Part shown: positions 37,101-50,492 of the stretch, in pieces
Layout of the letters: every line of letters begins with the position of its first letter
Numbering within the stretch: the stretch's first letter is position 1
Source: Glaucostegus cemiculus
Lineage: Eukaryota
Reading direction: 5' to 3'
Assembly (NCBI GenBank): GCA_976551045.1
Contig: CDPCPM010000014.1
Coordinates: 30,690,001-30,754,000, forward strand
DNA length: 64,000 nucleotides
Made by a program: the position numbers and the translations under genes
Notes under the pieces: generated by a model
What the model was told of the DNA's origin: nothing
What the model saw: only the letters and a program-made list of their open reading frames with translations
The model's database searches: none

Positions 37101-38014
37101 AGCAAGAATTTCAAATACACTGATTCCTTCATTTGTAGAGAAATATTATTGAGAACTGGCCAGTTCCTCCCTATCCAAATGCAAGGGTTAAGTGCATACT
37201 CAATTCAGTTAAGTGCTGCTCCAGTAGTATAATCAATTTTGATTCTCTATTCAACATCTAGTAGGAGATTTCTCAATGCGCACGTGCTGTAAAATCAGGA
37301 ATGTTGGAAGAGATAACTGTCAGATGAGAATTCCCTTAAGAGCCCATAACCTATAATATTAAATCCAAAATTCAACATTAACAGCAGTTTTTAGCTATAG
37401 ATTTAACTAAGAGCATTGGAAGGTGACATAAGGGTCAAATAAAAATAGTAAAAATAAAAAAGTTCTGGAAATACACAAAATACCCATCAATATCTGAAAA
37501 GACAGACAACGAATGAATGTTCAGAATGAACAGATAAATTATACACAAGTCCAGAAATGTCACTGAGTTCGTCTCTCCTGAGTGGTACATGTGCATCTTT
37601 TCCAAATCCTGAAGACAAAGTCATTTACAGATTGATGTGGGCACCTGTTCTTGGGCCTGGGTTACTAATGCACTTACCCCCCTCAAAACTCACAGGATAT
37701 TAGAGAAGTTGTTGGCTGATCTGTTGAGAAAACAATCTGACCAAATTTACTTCAGTATCAGGAAAAGGTGAAAGCACTGACCTTCATTGTTCCAGTTAGC
37801 AAATGATGATATTCCAATCAAATGTCACTTCATAATGGATCTTTGTGAACCACTTATGGCCTTGTTATAGAGATATTCCAGCTTCCTCCAGGTGGACAGA
37901 GGGCTGACTGCACAGGATTCCAACTGGCAGGATTTCTGTGAGTACTTGGAGGCCCAACAAAGACCCACCCAGAACCGTCCTTGGAAAATAAAGCAGTTAA
38001 TGCAAGAAGCACCT

Positions 38015-38127
38015 TTCAGTGGTTTGAAAAAGCAGCTCACCGTCACCTTCCCAAGGGCAATTACAGATGGGCAACTAAATGCTGGCTCAGCCTGCAAAGC
38101 CCATCTCCCTTGAATGAATTAAAAAAT
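38015..38127 (+). mobile_element. LINE/SINE 3' tail fragment (second CR1/L2-like family)
   Basis: gcagctcaccgtcaccttcccaagggcaattacagatgggcaactaaatgctggc..gaatgaattaaaaa. Confidence 0.7.
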
Positions 38128-40229
38128 ATGGAGTTTCTAGTATGTCTGATGCATCAACCAGTCAAACTTCTGTCCATGTTTAGTGAAGTGAAAGCAGTTA
38201 ACCAAGTTTATACCATGTTCCAAATTGGTTTAGATGTAATTATTATTAATTCACTGACATTTAAGTAGGTCACCCTATTTAACTCATCCTGCTGACAACA
38301 CATAGAGGCTCTTGTTTTGAATCTGACTATTCTATCCACGAATTATGAAGTTGGTACAATTAAAATATGTAAATAGGAAGTGCCTTTTGCTCTAATGTAA
38401 TTTAAGAATTTCAGATGGCACATGCTTAAATGACATCAACATGTTATGCTAATGAAAGCAGGAGACAAGGGGTATTAAATAATCTGTGAATGAAAGGGTA
38501 AGGAAAGACGCAGTGTAAAAAGATGACAGATTGAAAAGTGATATTCTCTATATAATTACAAAATATATTTGCTATTTTCCAATTTGCATAAAAATGAAAC
38601 AGTTACTTTTTTTACTATTTTTTAAAACTGAAATATGGATAAAGTATAAATACCCTGATTGCTTGATAAATTCTGTGAGACAAAAACTGATTTGCTAATC
38701 ACTCTTTAATTAATAACAAAATTTGTGACCTAACATAAAATGTAAAAATGGCGATGATACATTTGGATTTATAAAGAGCAAAGATGCTTTTCTGTGTTCT
38801 CATGGACAGCTTCGGTTAAAACTGAGAGTCAGGGGGCTGGCAAGTCCTTGTATAGGAACAAAACAGAAGAAAGTGAGAATTATAAGTAATTCCCATTGGC
38901 AAAAATTTGAGAAATGGGTTTAATTGCTTTAAAAAGACTTTTTCAAAATTAGAAAAAAAACTGAAAAAATGGAGGCCATTTCAAGATCGAATCAGTGAAT
39001 TGGTGAAAAACAGTCCAATTAGGCATAAAAATGTGAGAGAATAAAGGAAGCAAAATAAAGGAAGAATTCAATCAGTTCTTTCCTTTTTTTTCTGCTGAAG
39101 GTGAAGCGCTGTTATTTGTAGACAGAATTTTTAACATTTATGGTGAGCTTTGAGGACATCCATCACTCAAATGCCATACCAAAGGATCAGATTCAGATGT
39201 CATACTTCATCTGTCAGATTGGAGTTGTCTGTCTCTCTGACAATGCTACAGGCTGGGCCTCAAAGGGTTCAAGAAACGTTTGAAAGGGACTACAAAGTGG
39301 ATATTTGCTTGTTTCCAACCACTGTAAAAGGGAGATTGACAACAGGGCCAATCTTTACTGCCTATCTTTTCCAGTCACAATGCATTGTGGGACATCTTCA
39401 CGTCATGCATTTGTGACCTGAATGAAAGTGAACAGGACAGCTTCTGAGGTATTTTATTAGCTCTGAGTATTGTGACCCAAGATCTTTCTTCTGTGCATTC
39501 AGTGTGTGTGGTAAAACCAATGAAGCCTTAGCCAATGTGCCTGATATATTGGCATCCTCTATGCACGTCAGCTATTCTATTGCAATGCTTTCCTGTATCT
39601 AATCGCAGGAAAAGGTTATCTGCTTTTGTGCAATCTGTCAGTAGATGGGAATGAATATCAGTTGGAGTGTTGTTAGTCAACTGTTCAAAAATTGTAAGAG
39701 TTGTTACCGATATTCTCCCATATTTAAATGAGGTAAGGTCACAGCCTTTGTCATATCTTCCATTATGGTTGTTTTAATGATGTTGGACAGCAGTCTGTCA
39801 GCATTTTATTGATGTCCAGCATTACGAGGTGCAGTGAAGGGCAGTTAAAACTTAAAAGGGCAGTCTAGTGTGTGCAATCAATTGTGTGGCAATCAATGAT
39901 CTGCCCCTCAAGGCAGGTTTTGCTATTAATCACAGTGTCTAATATTTCTTGCTGCTTACCTTGAACTGCACAAACACAAGAATTCTGCAGGAGCCGCAGT
40001 CATCTGCCTCACAAAGGGTGGCACATGTGGAAGCAGTCTGTATTCCGATCAGTCTAAGGAAATGCACAAACAGAGATTCTGCCCTTCCAATGGGAATAAC
40101 AGCAAATTGAAAAACGTATTTTACAAAAAGTTCTTGGTCCATGACAGCACATTCATGTCATTATAGAGTTTAGTATCTTGAACAGGACAGTCTCTCAGCA
40201 GAGAGCCTAAGAACACTGCATACTTTTTA

Positions 40230-41465
40230 AATTTTACACGTTAATCAAGCGACAGAATACCAGGCAATGACTATCTCCAACAAAAGAGGATCTAACTACC
40301 TTGCCTTGACCTTCAATGGCATTATTTACCATCAGTGAGTCCTCCCCTATCAATAGCCCAAAGGTCACATTGACTAGAAATTCATCTGATCCAGTCACAC
40401 AAATACCATGGACATAAGAGCAGGTCAGCTGATGGGCATCCTGCAGAGGGTAATTCACCTCCTGATACCACAAGGTCTTCCCACCATCTACAAGCGCAAA
40501 TCAGGAGCCGATGGAATATTCATCACTTTACTGAAACTCAGTCAACCACCATAAACATTCCTTCCTTCCACCATTTGCGCACAGTAGTTGCAGTGTCTAA
40601 CATCTATAAAATTCACGCAGTACCTCACCCTAGCCTACTCCATCAGCATCTCCCAAACATAGAACAACATAGAACATTAGAACAGTACAGCACATAACAG
40701 GTCCTTCAGCCCACAATGTTATGTTGACATAGCTATTCCCTCCTGCCTACAGAATGCCCATATCCCTCTATTTTCCGCTCATTCATGTGCCCATACAAGC
40801 CCTTCTTGAAAGCCCCCAATGAGTTTGCCTCCACCACCCTATCAGGCAATGTGTTCCAGGCATCCACCACTCTCTCAGTAAAAAACGTACCTCTTACGTC
40901 TGCTCTGAACCTACCCCGTCTCACCTTAAATGCATGCCCTCTGGTATTGGATCGCTCAATAATGGGAAGAAGATATTGCTTGTCCACCCTATCTATGCCC
41001 TTGTTAATTTTATACACCCCTCAACTGATCACCCCTCAACCCATGCCCTCTAATTCAGGTAGCATCCTAGTAAACCTCCTCTGCACCCTCTCTAAAGGCT
41101 CAACATCCTTCCTATAGTGAGGTGACCAGAACTGCACGTAATACTCTAAATGCGGCCTAACCAGAGTTCTATAGAGATGCAATATCTGCATCTCCATAGA
41201 ACTGCAATATCTACCACCAGGAAGGATGTGGGCAGTAAGCACATTAGAACTCTACATCTGTAGTTTCCCTCCAAGTCACTCACTGTCCCTATTTGGAAAT
41301 GGACTGGTCCTTCATAGTCTCTGGGTCTAAATCCTGAAACTCCTTGTCCCAAAGCACCAAGGAGTGAAGTGGTCCAAGGAAGCAGCATGGCATCACCTTT
41401 TCAAGGTCAACCAGTGATGAGCAATAAATGTTAGCCTTGACACCATACTCAGATCCCAAAAATGA
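40230..41465 (+). mobile_element. Second CR1/L2-like LINE family 3' fragment, split by a HER1-like CR1
   Basis: ccaggcaatgactatctccaacaaaagag..cccaccatctacaagcgcaaatcaggagccgatggaatattc (TIYKAQ.R..MEYS); resumes after 41185 to tail gagcaataaatg. Confidence 0.75.
40657..41185 (-). mobile_element. Young CR1 3' fragment
   Basis: ORFs LYRTLVRPHLEYYVQFWSPHYRKDVEPLERVQRRFTRMLP and YKINKGIDRVD..RGHAFKVRRGRF..FFTERVVDAWNTLP; (acataga)n-like tail. Confidence 0.95.
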
Positions 41466-41469
41466 ATGC

Positions 41470-41885
41470 TGCACGCCCTTACTAGCCCTTGAGAAGGCAG
41501 TGGTGATCTGTATTCTTGAATGGCCACAGTACTTTAAGATACCTTTATTAGTCACATTACATTGAAACACACAGTGAAATACATCTTTGCGTAGAGTGTT
41601 CTGGGGGCAGCCCACAAGTGTCACCACACTTCAAGCACCAACATAGCTTCCTAACCTGTACGTCTTTGGAATGTGGGAGGAAACCCATGCAGACATGGGG
41701 AGAACACACAAACTCCTTATAGACAGCAGAGGGAATTGAACCTGGGTCACTGGCGCTGTAATAGCGTTAAGCTAACCGCTACACTACCATGGTTTAGATG
41801 AAGGTATATGCCTAGTGCTGTAGGATTGAGAGTTCCAGGATTTAGACTCCGTGATGATGAAAGAACAGCAAAATATTTTCAATAT
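41470..41885 (-). mobile_element. Inverted second copy of the CR1/L2-like tail, interrupted by a V-SINE
   Basis: gcccttgagaaggcagtggtga and gagttccaggatttagactcc are reverse-complement homologues of 41310-41410. Confidence 0.65.
41536..41791 (-). mobile_element. V-SINE with Rex/Babar-type tail
   Basis: aagatacctttattagtcac...gaattgaacctgggtcactggcgctgtaatagcgttaagctaaccgctacactacc. Confidence 0.9.
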
Positions 41886-43659
41886 GAATGAAGATTAAAC
41901 AGAGTGACACTCAAATTTCAGGAGTCTCGATTATATTACTACAAAAGTGCTCCTAATTGTCAACAGACGTGAACGCAGAACCCTTTATATCAATGAGAAT
42001 GTGGTAATTAGCATACCAATAGGAATGGGGTGGAGGGAGTGGGATGGTCTGTGCCTAAAGGAATATTTAAAAGTCACCTGAACATCTAGGAGGAAATATC
42101 AAACAAAATGGAGAATGGTGATATACTGGGTGAGCCTTTGCTTTGGGAATAGCTGAAAGATGAAATGAATTCAAATTTAATGAAATATCCTTAATGGAAC
42201 AACCAGTCCTTTCTAGAGATGTAATTTATCCTTCTAGAATTGACCATCTAGCACAGCCTTCCCCAGACATTCAGTGAAACTTTTCACCTCTGGCCTGACA
42301 AAATTAATTTTGTTTGTCCAGATAAAGTTGTGACTGAAACAATTTGCAAAACATCAGGGGTTTTATTCTAATAATGTCCACCATGTGGACGGTGTGGGTG
42401 GTAGGCGTGTTGCTGTTCTCCAATCCTGGAAAATAGGCTGGAGCTCAGACAAAGCCCAGTAGAACTAACCTCAAATACCAGATTCTCCCAGCTGCTACTT
42501 CACTGACCTGCAAATGCCTGGCCTCTGCTATTTTGGCCACGGTACTGTACATGAATGTGATTTCTCTTCAGTATATTGCTATATATACATTGGGCTAAAA
42601 ATTGTACTGCACATCGAAATGTGTCCTAAAATGGTGCTGCATTGAGGTGAGTGCCCCTTTTCACCTGGAGATTCATGGTAATGATTTTCATGCACACACA
42701 ATGTACAGGGTACTGTGCAAGGAAGCAATGCAGTTAGCAGAACTTTTGTAGAGGTACACACTTTAGCTAGTAGTTTGGGGAATTAATCTGAAGCGTGAAT
42801 TCAGTCTCACAATAGCTGCAAGTCTCAAAGCAAAGATTCTCAGCTGAAACTGCTATTGTAGGTAGGTGGTGACGTTGGATGGCATGGTTTGATCAGAGCT
42901 AACAAGGATACCTCACACTGAACAACTTGTAAATTTGAAATTTAACTCATCATTGCATTCAAGCCAAACACATCTTTTTCTTCCATAGACAAAATCCCTT
43001 TCACAGTATCTCTCTCTATAAGGCACCTTTAGTGATTCAAATTGACAACAAGGCTTCTTCATTAAATGGGAGCAGTATCTTTGCTGTTGCTCACTTTCAG
43101 ATAGGAAAGCCAAGTCTATTCAGTTCTACTCTGAAACATTTGCGTCAACAACATATAGAGCATTTGGTGATATGCTGCAATTCTTAAAGGGGTAAACACC
43201 CAATATTACATAAGCTACATCTGTTGCAGACCCAACGATGGTGCAGTTAATGTCTGTCCCTTTCAGGAATTCTCATGCAGACCCATTTCCTTCTATTTGG
43301 GCCTGATGTTTGATTAGTGGCCCATTGTTTTCTTGTCATGTGTCCAAGGTCTAATATCGGTAGCACCATTTTCAAACATCCTTTTAGGAAGTAAAATACA
43401 TGGGTTGAGAGACACTTGAGAAGAAGCCTCAGTGAGTTGCTGCTATCCATTTCAGTATACCACAGCCATCATGGAAGGAGTGAATCTTTAAGTAGCTGGG
43501 AAGAGCTAGTGAAACTAATTGCTTTGTACTAGGCAGGGGTGAGCTTCTTGAATGTTGGTGGGAGTTCAACTGTGTGTGGCATCTATCCCATTATACACCT
43601 GATGTGCTCTGTAGATGGTGGAAAGATTTCAGGGCCAGGAGGTGAATCAATTGCCAAAG

Positions 43660-44090
43660 AATATAAGAAAAAGGAGTAGGAGTAAACCATTAAGCCCTTT
43701 AAACCTCCTCCACCATAGCTGGTCTAATTTAAACACTATTGTCTTGCACTACTCCCGTATCCCTTGATTCTTTCAGTAACCAGAGATCTATAAATCTCTG
43801 TTTTGAATACATCAATGACTGAACCTCCATCGCCCTCCATTGTAGAAAATTCCAAGGATTCAACACCTTCTGAGTAAAGAGATTTCTTCTCATTTTGGTC
43901 ATATATGGCCTACATTACTTTGAGGTCATTTTATTATTCTGATAAATTCTGGAATATAAAGACTGATCAGCCTTTCCTCATTAGACAGACCCATCATCAC
44001 AGAAACCAGTTTGGTGAGTCTTTGCAGATTTCCCTCTGTAGCATGTACATCCCTTTTTTAAGTAGACAATACTCCATGTGTATACTTGCC
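43660..44090 (-). mobile_element. Old CR1 3' fragment
   Basis: ataagaaaaaggagtaggagtaaaccattaagccc tail; aattccaaggattcaacaccttctgagtaaagagatttcttctcat. Confidence 0.75.
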
Positions 44091-44094
44091 AAAG

Positions 44095-44228
44095 CCCCAT
44101 TCTGCCACGATTATTCTCAAATCTGGTGCCACACAAAGCTGTGTCCTCAGACCCCTACTCTACTCCTAATCACTCATGACTGCGTGGCCAGATTCTGCTC
44201 TAACTCTGTCTACAAGTTTTCAGATGAA
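44095..44228 (+). mobile_element. Isolated Rex/Babar RT-core fragment
   Basis: GA.Q.CVL.PLLYS..THDCVARFCSNSVYKFSD, homologous to 51580-51690. Confidence 0.8.
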
Positions 44229-45554
44229 CTTTCAATTCATCCCTGGAATTCATGTCATTTTGTTTTCATCTTTAGACCTAGACTAAAATGATGAAAGTAA
44301 TCTCTAGCAGAATCCAAGTTATTGGGGAATGAGAGCCACTTGGGAAAACCTTTGACAACTCCATCCACTTGTTTTCTGCTAATTAAGATAAAATTGAACT
44401 GGATTTTTTCTGGATTTCTGAAGGACCCTGGGCAATTCTGCAGCTGCTGTGGAACAGAATGGGTATGGACATGGCTCATTCAGGAACTGCACTACAGTGA
44501 CAAAATTGTTGGGTGCTGAACCACCTTTTTAATAAAATATGATCTAAAGTGAATTGGGTTAAGGCCGGCTTTTGTGATGGTGAAGCCTTGGGAATGGATC
44601 ATTCACTCATCACTTTTGTCTAAAATTGGTTGAAAATGCTTCATCTTGACTTTTGGACTTCTAAGTGCCATACCATTTAGGACAGGGATATTTAAGGATT
44701 GTCTTCCTGCCACTAGTTCAGGTTTCCACCATCATTCAAAACCATATATATCAGACTGCAGAACTTTGATTTGATATTTTTGTTGTGGGATTGCTTCACT
44801 TTGAGATTGCCATTCTGATGGAGTATATTTCTACTGCTGCTAATAATCTTCCATGTCACATGGAGCGAGTCTGTCCCACTTAGTATGGTGGTAATGTCAG
44901 ATAGTACAACTAGGCTTCCTCAATGTAAGGATGAGATGTTATCTCCTCAAGGAAAATGCAACAGTCATCCCTGGACAGATGCATCCATAACATTTCTAAT
45001 GGTGAGAATGAAGCGAAGAATGGTTTTTCTATCTGCCACAGTAATGCTCTGTGAACTTACATCCTTTTGAGGCATTAATGGTGATACCTGGCTATTCTTA
45101 GTGATGGACACTCTATTTCCCGTATTACCTTTGGTGCTTCTTTCATATGATGCTCAGAGCATAAAGGCATATTGTTTCATCAGCTTAGGTTGAAATTAGT
45201 AGCGGGTTTCCTGGTTTGACCTAATGCAAGGAAATTCGTTAGGTCCTGACTCAATGCCAGAGCCACTGTGTCAAGATAGCGCCACAAAGATTGGTGGGCC
45301 TATTCTACTGATTGTCGGGCTGGATGTACCCAGAGATGTTAATAGGCAACTCTGGGGTGTTTTTGCGAATATAGCCTCTGTTGCAGAAAATCTCTCTAAG
45401 TTATTGGACACTGCCAGATGTTAGGAGGAGGACATGGCAGGATTGAGCAGTCTTGTTGAGCAGGATTGAGAAACTCTATGTCTTTGTTGAACCTGAAGCC
45501 AGATTGAATCTATTGTCTAGTTCTATTTTATTACAGTCTCTTCATTTTAGTTTG

Positions 45555-45815
45555 AAATAATCAAGTGTTCGGGAGAGTCAACCATATTGCAGTATGTCTG
45601 GAGACAAACATAGGCCAGGCGGGATAAGGATTAACACCTATGGAGTATTATTCAACCAGATGGGGCTTTCCAACAAATTTAGTAAATTCATGGCCACTCA
45701 GCTTCTATTCTAGATTTATTTAATTAACTGAAATTTAATTCCCCAGCTGTTGTGGTGGAATTTGATTTTTGTGTCTCTGGATCATTACTTCAGTAAACCA
45801 GTCACCATGTTACTG
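45555..45815 (-). mobile_element. Old SINE, same family as 19270-19590
   Basis: ctggagacaaacataggccagg..aaccagatggggc..gatttatttaattaactgaaattt..gtggtggaatttga. Confidence 0.6.
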
Positions 45816-46249
45816 CTCCCACTGTGAGCATTAACACTTTGGCACAAATAAAATAATGGCAAGGGCCCAAAAGGTTAAAATGTCCTCTAACTGTGTAATT
45901 AGGTACACATGCCTTGGGCCTTCAATATTTTCAATGGATTTAGATCAACTCAGGTAATTTTAGAGATCACAATTACAATATTTAATCCCAGTAGGCATGC
46001 ATATAATTTTCCTTCATTTCTATTTACCATTACCAAACAGGAGGAGAGGATGGACCTCTGGTACCTTGAACTTTGGTAATACTGTGCTGTAAAGAGGTTC
46101 CTCAGTATGGCTTGGGGACAAATTTCCTTGCACTTCCTCTGAGAACTATGCAGACTCGCAAAGCTATTTTAGTTATAGTTATCGTACACACTGGCACATT
46201 CTTGAATGTTGCAACCTGTGTGGTGAATATATCCCAACAATGCTGTATA

Positions 46250-46470
46250 GCAACACTATGACCAGTTTGACCACTTTGCTCTACGATGGACCTTGTCCCT
46301 TTTTTGTTTTCTTTCTTGTATAATTTTGTATAGTTTATTTATTTTGTGTTTTTCTTGTGAATGTTGTATCTCTAATGCTATGTGCCTGTGATGCTGCTGC
46401 AACTAAGTTTTTCATTGCACTGTGCATACATCTGTTTGGGCATATGACAATAAATTTGGCTTTGACTTTG
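46250..46470 (+). mobile_element. Rex/Babar-type 3' UTR fragment
   Basis: gtgatgctgctgcaactaagtttttcattgcac..catatgacaataaatttggctttgactttg microsatellite-type tail. Confidence 0.65.
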
Positions 46471-46949
46471 TATGTAGATGGCTCCAAAGTTTTGACCCGA
46501 TGGCAATGTTAAAGTTAGGATATCATGTGATTTTGATGATTATTGTATTTGCATGAACCAGCTCATCTGCAGGTCAGGATTCAAGTGTTTGTGAAGTTCT
46601 CTGGAAGTATTGACAATTTGCTGTACTGCAGTTTACAGATGGCACACATGCTGGTGAAGCAGCGAGTCTCTCTCACCACACCTCAGTTACTTTGTCTACT
46701 TTTGGACAAAGTCTGTGATGATGTCTGAAAGTGAGTGGTCCTGGTTGAGTGGTCCACACTGAGCACCAGGGAGCAGGTAAGTAATTGGCAAGTAGGTGGC
46801 ACTTGATAGAGTTGTCAACAACCCCTTTCTTCACTGTCGATTGGGATTAGGCTGATGTGACATTAAATGGTCGAATTGAATTTATCCTGCCTTATACGGG
46901 TGATTCAGTTTAAGAACATATAATACAATTTTCTTTATCTAAGATAGTC

Positions 46950-47562
46950 ATTCTGTATCAACTTCTGTGTGCTCCCAATGCATGATTACAAGGTTCTTAA
47001 TGCCATATGAAATGGTCTCCACTTTGAGACAGCATGGGCCAGAGACTTCCAGGAACCAGTGGAGATGTTGCACTTCTTTAAGAAAGTTTTGAGTACATCC
47101 TTTTTTTCTGTCTGCCTGGTCATCTCCAGGCAGAGATAGCAAAGAAATGTCTGCTTCAAGAATCTGATATTAGGCATATGATTGACATGGCCTGCTTTAG
47201 GTAACCAACAAAGAATAGCAAGGGACTCGGTGATGAGGATGATGGCCTGGGACAAGACACTGATGTTGATTGGTTTACCCTTCCAATGAATTTGGATGAT
47301 TTTGTGGAGACAGCTTTGGTCACTTGAAATGCCTGCTGTAGGTAGTCCAGGTCTCAGAAGCATGTAAAACTCTGGGATCACTAATGCCGAGTAGAGTTCT
47401 GTGCCTGGTCTGTGGTCAGGCTCTTCGAATGCTCTTTTCCTCAATTGACCAAAGGGTGCACTGGCACAATGAAAGATCCATGAATTTTTTCAGTAATGAC
47501 TGCTTTTGCTGAGAGGTGGCTCCTGAAATATGGGAAGTGGCCCATGTTTTCCTTAGTCTCAT
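46950..47562 (-). mobile_element. RTE-clade LINE fragment
   Basis: ORF CLHKIIQIHW....NISVLSQA....ESL......AGHVNHMPNIRFLKQ; KDVLKTFLKKCNISTGSWKSLA; YSALVIP. Confidence 0.85.
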
Positions 47563-47564
47563 TA

Positions 47565-48365
47565 TGGAACATAGAACACTACAGCACAGTACAGGCCTTT
47601 CGGCCCACACTTTTGTGCCGACATTTTATCCTGCTCTAAGGTCTATCTAACGCTTCCCTCCCACATAGCCCCCTATTTTTCTATCATTCATGTGTCCATC
47701 TAAATCTATCTCTTAAATGTCCCTAGTGTATCTGCAGGCAGTGTGTTCCACGCACCCACCACTCTCTGTGTAAAAAAAACTTACCCCTGACATCCCTCTT
47801 ATACCTTCTATCAATCACCTTAAAATTATGTCCCTTCATGTTAGCCATTGTTGCACTGGGAAACAGTCTCTGACTGTCCACGCGATCTATGCCTCTTATC
47901 ATCTTGTATATCTCTATTGTCACCTCTCATCCTCTTCTCTCTGAAGGAAAAAGCCCTAGCTCACTCAACCTATCCTCATAAGACATGCTCTCCAATCCAG
48001 GCAACATCCTGGTAAATCTCCTCTGCACCCTCTCTAAAGCTTCCACATCCTTCCTATAATGAGGTGACCAGAACTGAACACAATACTCCAAGTGTGGTCT
48101 AACCAGAGTCCTATAGAGCTGCAACATTACCTCGTGGCTCTTGAACTCAATACCCCATCTAATGAAGGCCAACACTCCATACACCTTCTTAACAATCCTA
48201 TTGACCTGCCTGGCAACCTTGAGGGATCTATGGACGTGGACCCCAAGATCCCTCTGTTCCTCCACACTGCTAAGAATCCTGCCATTAACCTTGCATGTAT
48301 TCTGCCTTCAAGTTTGATCTCCCGAAGTGTATCACTTCACACTTTTCTGGGTTGAACTCCATTTG
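47565..48365 (-). mobile_element. Young CR1 (HER1-like) 3' fragment
   Basis: ORF EEQRDLGVHVHRSLKVARQVNRIVKKVYGVLAFI..LYRTLVRPHLEYCVQFWSPHYRKDVEALERVQRRFTRMLPGL; intact tail. Confidence 0.95.
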
Positions 48366-50191
48366 AATTTTTATTGTTGGAGGGCAGTGTAATGCAGTAG
48401 AGGCAGATTGGTAGAAGAAGCTTTTATGGATTTTTGAGTGTAAGGTCCATCATCTTGTGTGCTTTGGAGAATGAGATGGTGATACCTTGGAGCTCAGACT
48501 ACAAGCAGCACAAACACAAGTGTCATCAGCATATTGCAGATCAACTATTGAAGTTTGGATAACTTTAATTCTGGAGTGTAGTCACAATAGTGTGATATCA
48601 AAGAAATACTTACTCCTGCTCCATTGTGATTAACTGCATCATACTGAAGCTGTGTTGAATGCTCACCACTACTCCATGTCTGAGCATTCATTTGTAAATG
48701 GACCCTTGAGCTTTGAGGCTTGACTCTTTTAAATCCAGTTCATGTTTTGAACCAAGTGAAATAAACAGAAGCACTTGGGGAAGAAAAATTACCTGTCGCA
48801 CGAAACAGGCTGAACAAGAGCACAAAGTTTCTGTGGGTGAATCAAGCTAACCAGAACACATCATATAAACAAGTGCCTTTGCCAGTATTGATGGAGCCAC
48901 AGCAAAAAAATGTAGCCAGAGAAACAGCATGTCTTCTCAGCTTACTGGAGAGGCTTTCATTTTTGGCTTGAAAAGGATGTTATCAAGATTGTGCTGCAGA
49001 CTTGGCAGCAGCCTTCCAATGGAGAATTTACTACACTAACATACAAAGCACTAGGGATCCATGTACAGACAAACAGACTGCAGCTAAGTGGACTGTCTCT
49101 GTTGGAATGGGTTCAGCACTTCTGTTATTTAGCTGTCAACTGTGGGTTTACTTGATTTATATATTTTCAACATTCTGTTTAGGATGTTGGCAATGAGTAC
49201 TGGAGATTGCCTGCAGTGACAATCAGTCTTGCATATTACCTGTGCTCACAGAGTTGTGTGTTAATCAAATATAATTTGCTTCTTCAATTAATACCGATTA
49301 ATCACTTCCATCATGAGGACAGTTTCTGAACATACTATAAACCAATTGGTGTTTAATATGTCATGAATCAGACTAGTGCTGATTGTAGTGTTCTGTATGT
49401 ACAATTACAGAGAGCAGAAGTTGGTGTTCTTGTAATACATGATTATTTTGTTTCGGATCTAAAAAGCAGCAAGAATTTCAAAGTCAGAATCTAAAATGCA
49501 TTCAGAGACTTGGATGCGTGTTAATATTCTATGTACCGAATAGAAATAGAAACAGTCTTGTTTCAGGAACAGCCACTTCAAAACAAAATGTTTGGCAGGC
49601 TCCTAAGCATTTGGCAGAGTATTCCAAATTATTCCAATTACTAAAAGCCATTCATTGCTCAAAAGCTGAGTGCTGGAATTTTTAAAGTACAAACACTTGG
49701 AAAATGTTTGATTTAATACAAGTGATAATGTTTTAAAATATTTTAAATTCAAGTGGCATTTCTAGTTGCTGGAGACACACAGTGCTATTCAGCACCAGTT
49801 CATTGTTCATTGTTTTATATAAAAGAACAGCTTGACTATGGGCTCATGATCCTGTTCACATGCCAGTCATGCTGAGCCTTGTCAGTACAAATAGTCACAG
49901 GCTTTACAACAACCATGAAGGGTAAAGCAACCCATGTTGAGTTTCCATTTTCCAAATTAACCAGTTTTAATCAAACTGTAAGTGCAGCTAAATAGAATTA
50001 CTGTTTTTTGGGAAATCTTATCAAGTATTACCAGTACCAGTTCATTTATCTGAGTTTCCTCATGTTTGCTTTTATAAAGTACTATAGTCTTAAAACTCGG
50101 GTCTCCCCATTTCCACCATTTAGGTCTGTATTTTATTTCCATTTCTGCTACTGACCATTATAATGGCTGTAATCATTCATCCATTACTGAA

Positions 50192-50430
50192 GTGACAACT
50201 GTGGCTCAGTTGGTTACACACTTACCTTCACGTTAGAAGATTCTAAGTTCAAGCCAGAGTTGCAAACACAAACATCTAAATTGATAAACCATTCCTGTGA
50301 GAGGTTTTTTTTTCAGAGGTGTTGCCTTTTCAGTGATCAATTATACTAAGACCTCATCTACACTCCATATCACAATTTTAAAGAAGAAAGGTGGTTATCC
50401 CCTGTGTGCTGGTCAGTTGACCCACAACCT
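50192..50430 (+). mobile_element. Old Deu-domain-like SINE (SacSINE1/AmnSINE-like)
   Basis: Head gtggctcagttggt (A box)..agttcaagcc (B box), then gaggtgttgccttttcagtgat. Confidence 0.6.
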
Positions 50431-50492
50431 ACTAAAGTTATATTTGAGAGAGAGAAAAAAAGGCTGTAAATTCGAAATGAGACCAAGAATGC

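Noticed and set aside
46773-46782. Perfect donor CAG|GTAAGT
   Set aside because: Lies in apparently decayed repeat sequence with no convincing upstream acceptor
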